64,000 nucleotides of DNA from Pseudomonadales bacterium (GTDB lineage: Bacteria > Pseudomonadota > Gammaproteobacteria > Pseudomonadales > UBA7434): NCBI GenBank assembly GCA_965659815.1, contig CBFHXO010000001.1:73368-137367 (forward strand), read 5' to 3'. The translations under genes were made by a program, and so were the position numbers. Positions 42,240 through 50,098 of this stretch are shown here, piece by piece (position 1 is the stretch's first letter; the number at the start of each line of letters is the position of its first letter). Below the pieces are notes generated by a model, which saw only the letters and a program-made list of their open reading frames with translations, was not told the origin of the DNA and ran no database searches.

Positions 42240-43373
42240 CTAACCTGAACGCCGAAACAATGATAAATCTTCAACCGCTGCGGCATTGCCTTGTTCCACG
42301 TGAAACACTTTAACGGCTTGCTCACTTTGCCAGGGTTGATTAACCAATTCGTGTGCAGTTACACAGGTCAGGAATAACTGTACGCCCAGCGAGTTGAGCA
42401 GCTCGCATAAATTCCCCTGGTGAAAAGCGTCGATCTCCGCAGGCATGTCATCAATCAGCAGCACGCATTTCTTGTTGGTCGTGCTCACCATTAAATGACA
42501 CTGAGCCAGACGCAGCGCACAGACCACCAGTTTTTGCTGCCCACGTGAAAGCACCTGGCCGGCATCTAAGCCATTCACCTGCAGCTTTAAATCGGCTCTG
42601 TGAGGTCCAAAATGGGTAAAACCACGACGAAGGTCTCGGTCGCTACTGCTATTGAGCACTTCTTCCAGCGGTTTAATCGGGTCCCACCCACGGTAGTAAG
42701 CCAATTCCAAATCCGCCAGATCAGTGAGCCGCGAAAGAAAGTCATTAAACACTGGATATAAGGACTCAAAGTACCGCTGGCGAGCGTTGTCGATAATAGC
42801 TGATACTTCAACTAACTCCTGATTCCAGGCACCCAATTCCGGCTTACGGGTCTTATACGCCCGAAGCTCAGCATTTCGCTGCCGCAAACAGCGCTGCATT
42901 CTGCGCCATGCATCGTAAAAACACTGTTCCACGTGAAACACACCCCAATCGATAAACTGTCTTCGCTGCTTGGGGCCGCCCTCAAGCAAAGAGTAAGCAG
43001 TCGAATTAATCAGTTGTATAGGGAGTGTTTCGGCGAGTCGCACCAGGCTTTTTTCATCTGAACCGGCAATTCGAATACGATAACCGCCTTTTTTTGAGCG
43101 CTTAACACCGATCGGCAGTGGAGGCTGCTGCTCACTGGTTGAAAGCTGCCCGAATACCGTACAGGTGTTTTGATGGTATTGGATTACCGGTTGCAGCTGA
43201 GTGCCACGAAAAGAGCGCGCCAGACCAAGAATATGTATGGCTTCCAGAATCGACGTTTTGCCCGAGCCATTGGCACCATAAAAAATATTAACGCCGCCAA
43301 GCTTGTCCAGCGATACGGATGATAGGTTGCGAACACCAGAAATCTCAATACCGGAAAGTTTCACGTGAAACAA
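42240..43373 (-). CDS. recF: DNA replication and repair protein RecF
   Basis: Walker A GANGSGKTS plus SMC-like signature and Walker B (VLLIDDMPAEID). The track start is TTG at 43373. The GTG at 43367 gives an N-terminal length closer to other RecF proteins. Confidence 0.93.
   Translation of the reverse strand: MFHVKLSGIEISGVRNLSSVSLDKLGGVNIFYGANGSGKTSILEAIHILGLARSFRGTQLQPVIQYHQNTCTVFGQLSTSEQQPPLPIGVKRSKKGGYRIRIAGSDEKSLVRLAETLPIQLINSTAYSLLEGGPKQRRQFIDWGVFHVEQCFYDAWRRMQRCLRQRNAELRAYKTRKPELGAWNQELVEVSAIIDNARQRYFESLYPVFNDFLSRLTDLADLELAYYRGWDPIKPLEEVLNSSSDRDLRRGFTHFGPHRADLKLQVNGLDAGQVLSRGQQKLVVCALRLAQCHLMVSTTNKKCVLLIDDMPAEIDAFHQGNLCELLNSLGVQLFLTCVTAHELVNQPWQSEQAVKVFHVEQGNAAAVEDLSLFRRSG
42292..42307. 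promoter_or_regulatory. parS centromere-like site (ParB binding palindrome), copy 1
   Basis: TGTTCCACGTGAAACA is an exact match to the canonical 16-bp parS consensus tGTTNCACGTGAAACa. It lies inside recF, where it is read as FHVE. Confidence 0.8.
42925..42940. promoter_or_regulatory. parS centromere-like site, copy 2
   Basis: TGTTCCACGTGAAACA, identical to copy 1. It lies inside recF, where it is read as FHVE. Confidence 0.8.
43357..43372. promoter_or_regulatory. parS-like site, copy 3, overlapping the recF translation start
   Basis: AGTTTCACGTGAAACA has one mismatch (the first base) to the perfect palindrome TGTTTCACGTGAAACA. It covers both candidate recF start codons. Confidence 0.65.
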
Positions 43374-43588
43374 TCACTCCTAAGCGCATACCACATTCTG
43401 CACTTTGATCGTCGGCGCGATAAACCCCGGTAGAAAACAGCAACTATAAAGGCAGAGGTATAAGAGGGCATAAGCAAGGGCGTAGAGTCCTGGTATCAGG
43501 GCTGGGCTTAAAAGGATCAAGCCCTATTGGGGCCCGGCGTGCAAAAAGGCACTCCAGGCCAGCAAAACCATTATTATTAGCGCCGCCG

Positions 43589-44701
43589 CTACAGGCGCAT
43601 CGGCATCACAACATACATTGCATTGTTATCGCTGTCGCCGTCCTGCACCAGTGCGCTGCTATTAGAATCGGATAAAGTGATATTTACCTGTTCACTCCGG
43701 AGCACACCCAACACCTCAATTAAATAGCTGACGTTAAAGCCCATTTCCAAGCTATCTCCTTGATAGTTAACGAAAACTTCCTCATGAGCCTCTTCTTGCT
43801 CAGGGTTGTTTGCCTGGATACCAACCATGCCATCATCAAGCGTAAAACGAATACCACGGAATTTCTCGTTAGACAAAATAGCCGATCGGGACAACGCAGC
43901 TTTAAGCTCATTGCGCTCAGCAACCACCAGCTTATTGCCGCCTTTAGGCAATACTCGCTCGTAGTCAGGAAACTTGCCATCAACCAATTTAGACACAAAC
44001 ACCATACCGTCAGTAGTGGCGCGAATATGATTGCTACCAAATTCCAGAGTAATGGTTGCGTCATCATCAGCCAGTAAACGGGTCAGCTCTACCACGCCTT
44101 TGCGCGGCACAATAAACTGCTGTTTACCGCCTTCTACTTTTTCATCTAAATCGATATGGGCAATAGCGAGTCGGTGGCCATCGGTTGCAACCGCTTTAAA
44201 ACGCTCGCCCGATAACTCCCACAGCATGCCATTTAAATAATAACGAACATCCTGCTGAGCCATTGAGAAAGCGGTGCGATCAATAAGCTGGCCAAAGTCT
44301 GCCTGGTTAACGGTGACCGAAAAACTGCTGTCATCTTTTTGCACCGAAGGAAAGTCACCCGCAGCCAGTGTCGCCAGGGTAAAACGGCTGCGGCCACTGC
44401 GCACCACGGCTTTACCGTCGCTGACAGAAAAAGCGATATCACAAGACTCAGGCAACGATTTACAAATATCCACCAGCTTGCGCGCTGGCACGGTGATTTC
44501 ACCTTTACTCTCAGCCGCTGTTTCCAGTGCGATTGTGGCACTTAACTCAACCTCTAAATCGGTACCGGTAAGGTGAAGTTTTTTACCGTTAACCTTAATC
44601 AGCAAATTAGACAAAATAGGCATGGTTTGCCGACGCTCAACAGCGCTGGCAACGATCGTCAGTGGACGAAGCAAAGCTTCGCGATTGACTGAAAATTTCA
44701 T
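43589..44701 (-). CDS. dnaN: DNA polymerase III beta sliding clamp
   Basis: 370-aa ORF with MKFSVNREALLRPL at the N-terminus and MPMRL at the C-terminus, typical of DnaN. It lies between dnaA and recF. Confidence 0.97.
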   Translation of the reverse strand: MKFSVNREALLRPLTIVASAVERRQTMPILSNLLIKVNGKKLHLTGTDLEVELSATIALETAAESKGEITVPARKLVDICKSLPESCDIAFSVSDGKAVVRSGRSRFTLATLAAGDFPSVQKDDSSFSVTVNQADFGQLIDRTAFSMAQQDVRYYLNGMLWELSGERFKAVATDGHRLAIAHIDLDEKVEGGKQQFIVPRKGVVELTRLLADDDATITLEFGSNHIRATTDGMVFVSKLVDGKFPDYERVLPKGGNKLVVAERNELKAALSRSAILSNEKFRGIRFTLDDGMVGIQANNPEQEEAHEEVFVNYQGDSLEMGFNVSYLIEVLGVLRSEQVNITLSDSNSSALVQDGDSDNNAMYVVMPMRL

Positions 44702-44848
44702 GTTCGATGAACTCTCCTGGTTAACGGTATCGATGTTGAAAAAGGCTTAACTGACAAAACGCAATGTCTCTTTAATGACAATACTGCTTATCGAAAATGC
44801 CTTATCAAAGAGCTTTAATGTATCGCTGTATTTAAACACGGCTGGCAA

Positions 44849-46483
44849 TCAAGTCGCCAGCGTACGAAGCAGGTTCTGATAATCTTCACGAATATCCGAG
44901 TCCGTCTCGCGCAACTCTTTTATTTTTCGGCAGGCGTGCAGCACTGTCGTGTGGTCACGACCGCCAAAGGCATCGCCTATTTCGGGCAAGCTATGGTTGG
45001 TTAATTCCTTTGCCAACGCCATTGCTACTTGCCTTGGCCTGGCCACCGAACGGCTACGTCGCTTGGACATTAAATCGGCTACCTTGATTTTGTAATACTC
45101 GGCCACCGTGCGCTGGATGTTGTCGATACTGACTTGCTTATCCTGCAACGCCAACAGGTCTTTTAACGACTCCTTTATTAGCGGAATATCGATAGAACTC
45201 TTTGTGAAGTGAGCGCTCGCTATCACTCTTTTTAAAGCACCTTCGAGCTCCCTTACATTAGAGCGCACACGCTGGGCCAAAAAGAACGCTGCCTCATGAG
45301 GCATCTCCATTTCGGCTTGCTCAGCCTTGCCCATTAAAATTGCCACCCGTGTCTCCAGTTCCGGTGGCTCTATGGATACCGTAAGCCCCCAGCCAAACCG
45401 CGATTTTAAGCGCTCTTCGACACCGCGAATTTCTTTAGGGTAGCGATCACAGGTCAGGATCATTTGCTGGCCACCTTCAAGCAAGGCATTAAAGGTATGG
45501 AAGAACTCTTCTTGCGACCGTTCTTTATTGGCAAAGAATTGGATATCGTCAATAAGCAATGCATCAACTGAACGGTAGTAGCGCTTAAAATCGTTAATCG
45601 CATTAAGCTGCAGGGCCTTCACCATGTCGGCGACAAATCGCTCCGAGTGCAGATATACCACTTTTGCATCGGGCTTAACTGCTTGCAAGGCGTTGCCAAC
45701 TGCATGCATCAAATGGGTTTTGCCCAAACCGACACCGCCATAAAGAAACAGTGGGTTATAAGAGCCGCCGGGGTTTTCGACCACTTGTTGTGCTGCAGCC
45801 CTGGCCAGCTGGTTGGATTTACCCTCAACAAAATTATCAAAACGATAAGCTGGTATTAGATTATTACGATGACTCGGCAGGTCTTTGGCAGGCAAGCTAC
45901 TGCTCGATAGCTCAGCTCCCACTATACCAGTATCAGCTATACCGGTATGCGATATGCCAACTCCTGCGCTATTAGCAAGCTTATCTCTTGGCCGACCTCG
46001 TCGCTCATGCGAATACAGTGCATCATTGTGCGTCGGCTTGCTCATATCGGCTAAAACCGCGTCAGGGTTTCTGGGCTCTTGGCTAAGCTCCTGCGGTCTC
46101 TGAGCTGCGTGAAGCAGGCGAGTATTTGCTGGCGATACATCAAGAGAAACTGTATCGGTTGTTGTGTTAGACGGATGGGTAACAGGGGTAAGAAAAGCGT
46201 TGGAATTGACGCGCACCTGCTCATGGACTTCAATCGCAACACTGGGGACTCCACCGTCAGACACCATGCCAACCAGCTCGACAATGCGCGGCATAAACTT
46301 ATCCGCCACCCAGTCTCGAATAAATCGATTAGGCGCTAATAACACCAGGACTGCCGAGCTTTGGGTGGCAGCTTGCCCAAGAGTTAATGGTCTTATCCAG
46401 GTATTAAACTGTTGAGCGGGTAACTCTTCTTGCAGGTAATCTATACACTTATCCCACAAAAGGTGCGAGGCAGCTTGTGACAA
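44849..46483 (-). CDS. dnaA: Chromosomal replication initiator DnaA
   Basis: Domain [17 protein letters not shown]+ Walker [11 protein letters not shown], and C-terminal DNA-binding helix [15 protein letters not shown] start with an AAGGGGA SD. Domain II is unusually long. Confidence 0.97.
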   Translation of the reverse strand: MSQAASHLLWDKCIDYLQEELPAQQFNTWIRPLTLGQAATQSSAVLVLLAPNRFIRDWVADKFMPRIVELVGMVSDGGVPSVAIEVHEQVRVNSNAFLTPVTHPSNTTTDTVSLDVSPANTRLLHAAQRPQELSQEPRNPDAVLADMSKPTHNDALYSHERRGRPRDKLANSAGVGISHTGIADTGIVGAELSSSSLPAKDLPSHRNNLIPAYRFDNFVEGKSNQLARAAAQQVVENPGGSYNPLFLYGGVGLGKTHLMHAVGNALQAVKPDAKVVYLHSERFVADMVKALQLNAINDFKRYYRSVDALLIDDIQFFANKERSQEEFFHTFNALLEGGQQMILTCDRYPKEIRGVEERLKSRFGWGLTVSIEPPELETRVAILMGKAEQAEMEMPHEAAFFLAQRVRSNVRELEGALKRVIASAHFTKSSIDIPLIKESLKDLLALQDKQVSIDNIQRTVAEYYKIKVADLMSKRRSRSVARPRQVAMALAKELTNHSLPEIGDAFGGRDHTTVLHACRKIKELRETDSDIREDYQNLLRTLAT

Positions 46484-46638
46484 TCGAAATCCCCTTAATC
46501 AAAACCGTATGGCTGTACAAATACCAAACAGCCAAAAATTTTATAGACGCTCGTGAGCGGCCTAATTTGCCGGGCCAGTAGCTTCAAACCCGGCGTAAAG
46601 GCGTACAGACGCTTTTATCATTAATTATTGAGCGCGCG

Positions 46639-46667
46639 ATTATAGCTGTTTCTACCGGGGTTATCCA
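46639..46667 (-). promoter_or_regulatory. Candidate dnaA promoter whose -35 overlaps a perfect DnaA box
   Basis: The minus strand reads TGGATA (46662-46667), a 17-nt spacer, then a perfect TATAAT (46639-46644). The -35 lies inside the TTATCCACA box at 46661-46669. Confidence 0.4.
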
Positions 46668-46669
46668 CA
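46661..46669 (+). promoter_or_regulatory. DnaA box, perfect consensus
   Basis: TTATCCACA. Confidence 0.75.
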
Positions 46670-46767
46670 ATAATTTTAATTTTTTCCACGTTTGAAAAAA
46701 TATATTTTATATATATTTTTCATCAACTTATACGTACTTTAAAGCATGAAAAGATTTTATTTCCACA

Positions 46768-46795
46768 AAAAAAGTTATTCAATAAAAAAGTTATT
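46768..46795. repeat. Two direct 12-mers in the AT-rich core (candidate DNA-unwinding-element repeats)
   Basis: AAAAAAGTTATT occurs at 46768-46779 and again at 46784-46795, a 16-bp period. Confidence 0.5.
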
Positions 46796-46810
46796 AACAT
46801 GTGGAGTTTC

Positions 46811-46819
46811 TGTGTATAA
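46811..46819 (-). promoter_or_regulatory. DnaA box, one mismatch
   Basis: The plus strand reads TGTGTATAA, the reverse complement of TTATACACA, a functional box variant in E. coli oriC. Confidence 0.6.
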
Positions 46820-46922
46820 CTTGTTTGTTAAATAACTAAATTGAGTGCCAAAGTCAGCCTCCAAAGTCATATTGTTGGCACTCACTACAGCTTGAAATAT
46901 TGCAAAATCACCTATTCATCCG

Positions 46923-46955
46923 TTATCAACAAGGTGTCAACGGGTGTTATCAACG
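46923..46955 (+). promoter_or_regulatory. Pair of DnaA-box variants
   Basis: TTATCAACA (46923-46931, 1 mismatch) and TTATCAACG (46947-46955, 2 mismatches), in the same orientation and 24 bp apart. Confidence 0.45.
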
Positions 46956-47074
46956 CTGTAAACCCTGCCTTAATCTGGCGTCAGTCTCGCAGCAAACCCA
47001 ATGTGTTGGCCAGTACCGAAAACATCAACAGCGTTATTGCCGAGAATCACCAAAAATTTAGTTGTTAATCGGCA

Positions 47075-47103
47075 TTGAACCATAGGCCATTTATGCGTAA
47101 AAT
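47075..47103 (+). promoter_or_regulatory. Candidate sigma70 promoter for rpmH-rnpA
   Basis: TTGAAC (47075-47080), a 17-nt spacer, then TAAAAT (47098-47103), about 145 nt upstream of the rpmH ATG. Confidence 0.45.
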
Positions 47104-47247
47104 CTCGCGCCCTTTGGAGCTTGTTTGTCATCGTTTTTTTTTTTGCAAACCCATGGCAGAAGCGGGTAGCTCACAACAGTTAAAACCAGGCATAAACACC
47201 TGACTTTAAAACTAATTTATTAGTAAACACCTATTTGGTACAGATCG

Positions 47248-47382
47248 ATGAAAAGAACTTTTCAACCCAGCAACTTAAAGCGTAAGCGCACTCACGGTTT
47301 TCGCTCTCGAATGGCCACCAAAAGCGGCCGCCAATTGATTAATCGTCGTCGCGCGAAAGGCCGAAAGCGTCTAAGCGCCTAA
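47248..47382 (+). CDS. rpmH: 50S ribosomal protein L34
   Basis: Absent from the ORF track because it is under 60 aa. My own translation gives [44 protein letters not shown], the near-invariant L34 sequence, ending in TAA at 47380-47382. Confidence 0.97.
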   Translation: MKRTFQPSNLKRKRTHGFRSRMATKSGRQLINRRRAKGRKRLSA

Positions 47383-47502
47383 GTCGAATTGATATCGGCG
47401 GCATTTGTATTTACCCATGCCGTCTGTGCTGCAGTAATAACGCTCACAGATAACGATACAGTTTTGATAGAGGCCAAGATCTGCTGAGCAAGATCCCGCT
47501 TA

Positions 47503-47931
47503 ATGCGCCTGCTACCAGCAATGCTAATCAAGCCACCTTTTGTGAGCAATACCAAGCCCTCCCGTCGCTTTACGAAAAGCCAGCGCTTGTTGAACACGGC
47601 ACAGTTCCAAAATGTTTTCGATAATGTTAACTGCAAACAGGGCGGTAAGTACTTTACCTTTCTAAGTACAACAAACCGAGTTACACACTATCGTCTTGGC
47701 TTGGTAATCGCCAAAAAGCATATTCGTTTAGCGGTAGATCGAAACCGCGTAAAAAGAGCGATAAGAGAAAGTTTTCGCTGTCTGGAGGTAGACAGCGCAG
47801 ATGCTGCAAAAACATCTTTTGATGTGATTGTTTTAGCAAAATCATCGGTGAATCGACTTGATAAAGCTCAGCTAAACAAGGAGCTCAATCGACAATGGCT
47901 ACGACTACTCGAAAAACGAAAAGCGTTGTAG
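47503..47931 (+). CDS. rnpA: Ribonuclease P protein component
   Basis: [15 protein letters not shown] and the RNR-type motif ([13 protein letters not shown]), downstream of rpmH. The start is uncertain, with alternatives at ATG 47521 and GTG 47542. Confidence 0.88.
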   Translation: MRLLPAMLIKPPFVSNTKPSRRFTKSQRLLNTAQFQNVFDNVNCKQGGKYFTFLSTTNRVTHYRLGLVIAKKHIRLAVDRNRVKRAIRESFRCLEVDSADAAKTSFDVIVLAKSSVNRLDKAQLNKELNRQWLRLLEKRKAL

Positions 47932-48257
47932 CGATTACACGCCAGATGATTATCTTCCTGTTGAAATGCTATCAATGGGTGATCAGCCCTTTGCTTGGCC
48001 CCCGCTGTCGTTTTTATCCCAGCTGCTCTCAGTATGCTGTAGAAGCGATTAATAGTCATGGTGTTCTGCGCGGCGCCGCGCTTGGCGCGAAACGCCTGTG
48101 CAAATGTCACCCCGGCCATCCCGGCGGCATTGATGAAGTTCCACCAGTATTCGATACCGCGCTTGATAATACATCGAGCACAAAACCCTTAAAACATTTC
48201 ACTCTTTCAGCGCATAGCTGCAAGGCTGAACATCCAAAGGCTCCCAACTCATTATGA
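47895..48257 (+). CDS. yidD: Membrane protein insertion efficiency factor YidD
   Basis: [27 protein letters not shown]...[17 protein letters not shown] is the YidD signature. It overlaps the rnpA end and the yidC start (ATGA). The N-terminal start is uncertain and the C-terminus is extended. Confidence 0.85.
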   Translation: MATTTRKTKSVVAITRQMIIFLLKCYQWVISPLLGPRCRFYPSCSQYAVEAINSHGVLRGAALGAKRLCKCHPGHPGGIDEVPPVFDTALDNTSSTKPLKHFTLSAHSCKAEHPKAPNSL

Positions 48258-50050
48258 ATCTTACTCAAGATCTTCCACGCTTTGCATTATTCGCCGTAAT
48301 CGGCGGCATCTTATTATTGTTGTTGCAAAACTGGGTGGCGTTTTCGAAACAGTATGATGATGAACAGCGCGCCATACAAAAAGCCCTGTCCGAAAGCCAG
48401 CTTAATGTTGATCCATTTGATTATAGCGACAACACAGCAAACGATGCTGTGGCTAATGCAGAATCCGCCAACGAAGCACTGGAAGATGAGTATCGCCCCC
48501 CTATTGATGAGCCAATCAATACCGCTGCAGATATCAATACCCATATCGATACCGACATTAACACCAGTGGGCGATCCAATCGGGAGATCGTGGTTACCAC
48601 CGATACACTAAGAGTCACCATCGACACACAAGCTGGCGATATCAACGAAGTGGCTATGCTAAAACACTTAAGCTCACTCGATCCCGATGCCGAACCCATG
48701 CGCCTGTTGGAAAAAAACGGGCTAAGAACCTATACCGCACAGTCCGGTTTAATTGGCCCTAAAGGCACCAATAGCAAATCGGCAAGAGCCCGTTTTCATA
48801 GTTCGCAGTCCAGTTATGAAATGCAAAACGGTGAAGATTTAAATGTCGACCTGACCTTTAAAGATCCTGGCGGCGTAACGCTCACCAAGCGTTATACTTT
48901 TCGCTCCAACGATTATTTAATTGATGTTACCTACCTTATCGATAATCAATCGAGTGAAGACTGGCGTGGCTCGTTTTACTCGCAAATCAGTCGCGATAGC
49001 TCTGCAGACCCAGGGTCGGAAAACGCCGGGTTTGGTATGCAATCGTATCTGGGTGCTGCAACGACAACTGAAAATACGCCGTATAAAAAAATCAGCTTTA
49101 AAGATATTAATAAAGAGCGTTTTCGCAACCAACATACCGACGGTTGGGTGGCAATGATCCAGCACTACTTTGTTAGCGCCTGGATACCTAACGACAAGCA
49201 GCAATACACCTACTACACCAAAGCGACCAAGTCAGGCTTAAATATCATTGGTTTTCATAGGCCGTTTGAAGTGCAAGCCAACGGTAGTGCCAGTATTGGC
49301 GCACAGTTTTACGCAGGACCCAAAGACCAATACCGTTTAGCTAATATTGCCAATCATCTGGACCTTACCGTCGATTACGGTTGGCTATGGTGGTTAGCAC
49401 AACCTCTGTACGCACTGCTTTACTTTTTCGCCACTGGTGAGCTGCACGCTTTTGGTCAGGTGTTTGATATTTTTGGTGGCTTCGGCAACTGGGGCTTTGC
49501 CATTATTATGCTGACAGTGGTCGTTAAAGCCTTATTCTTCAACTTGTCTGCAACCAGTTATCGGTCTATGGCAAATATGCGTCGCGTGCAGCCCAAACTA
49601 TTGGCAATTAAAGATCGATACGGTGACGACAAGCAGGCTCAATCCAAAGCCATGATGGAGTTATATCAAAAAGAAAAGATAAATCCGCTTAGTGGTTGTT
49701 TACCAATTCTAATTCAAATGCCCGTGTTTATTGCACTGTACTGGGCATTAATGGAAAGTGTTGAATTAAGACATGCACCTTTTATTTTATGGATAAAAGA
49801 TCTGTCGGTAATGGACCCCTACTTTGTTCTGCCGGTAATAATGGGTGCCGCTATGTGGTTCCAACAAAAAATGAACCCTCCACCGCCGGATCCTATGCAG
49901 GCCAAAATTATGCAATGGATGCCTGTGGTATTTACCTTGTTCTTTGTATTCTTCCCTGCCGGGCTGGTTGTGTATTGGGTTTCAAACAGTTTGTTATCCA
50001 TTGCCCAACAGTGGGTTATTACCCGGCAAATTGAAAAAGCTGCCAGCTAG
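48254..50050 (+). CDS. yidC: Membrane protein insertase YidC
   Basis: 598 aa comprising an N-terminal TM helix, a large periplasmic domain, and the conserved C-terminal core ([30 protein letters not shown]). Confidence 0.96.
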   Translation: MNLTQDLPRFALFAVIGGILLLLLQNWVAFSKQYDDEQRAIQKALSESQLNVDPFDYSDNTANDAVANAESANEALEDEYRPPIDEPINTAADINTHIDTDINTSGRSNREIVVTTDTLRVTIDTQAGDINEVAMLKHLSSLDPDAEPMRLLEKNGLRTYTAQSGLIGPKGTNSKSARARFHSSQSSYEMQNGEDLNVDLTFKDPGGVTLTKRYTFRSNDYLIDVTYLIDNQSSEDWRGSFYSQISRDSSADPGSENAGFGMQSYLGAATTTENTPYKKISFKDINKERFRNQHTDGWVAMIQHYFVSAWIPNDKQQYTYYTKATKSGLNIIGFHRPFEVQANGSASIGAQFYAGPKDQYRLANIANHLDLTVDYGWLWWLAQPLYALLYFFATGELHAFGQVFDIFGGFGNWGFAIIMLTVVVKALFFNLSATSYRSMANMRRVQPKLLAIKDRYGDDKQAQSKAMMELYQKEKINPLSGCLPILIQMPVFIALYWALMESVELRHAPFILWIKDLSVMDPYFVLPVIMGAAMWFQQKMNPPPPDPMQAKIMQWMPVVFTLFFVFFPAGLVVYWVSNSLLSIAQQWVITRQIEKAAS

Positions 50051-50098
50051 ATATTAATAGCAGCGACTTTTTAAAATTTATCGCAACTGTTACCACCA

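Larger units (their letters stand above)
46484..47247. other. Probable chromosomal replication origin (oriC) in the dnaA-rpmH spacer
   Basis: 764-bp non-coding spacer at the point where gene orientation diverges. It holds a cluster of DnaA boxes, a very AT-rich core (about 46671-46800) containing 12-mer direct repeats, and only one GATC. Confidence 0.65.

Noticed and set aside
46841-47068. 75-aa TTG-initiated ORF inside the dnaA-rpmH spacer
   Set aside because: It lies within the origin region and is made of DnaA-box-like repeats (TTATCAACA and similar). It has no SD and no family resemblance.
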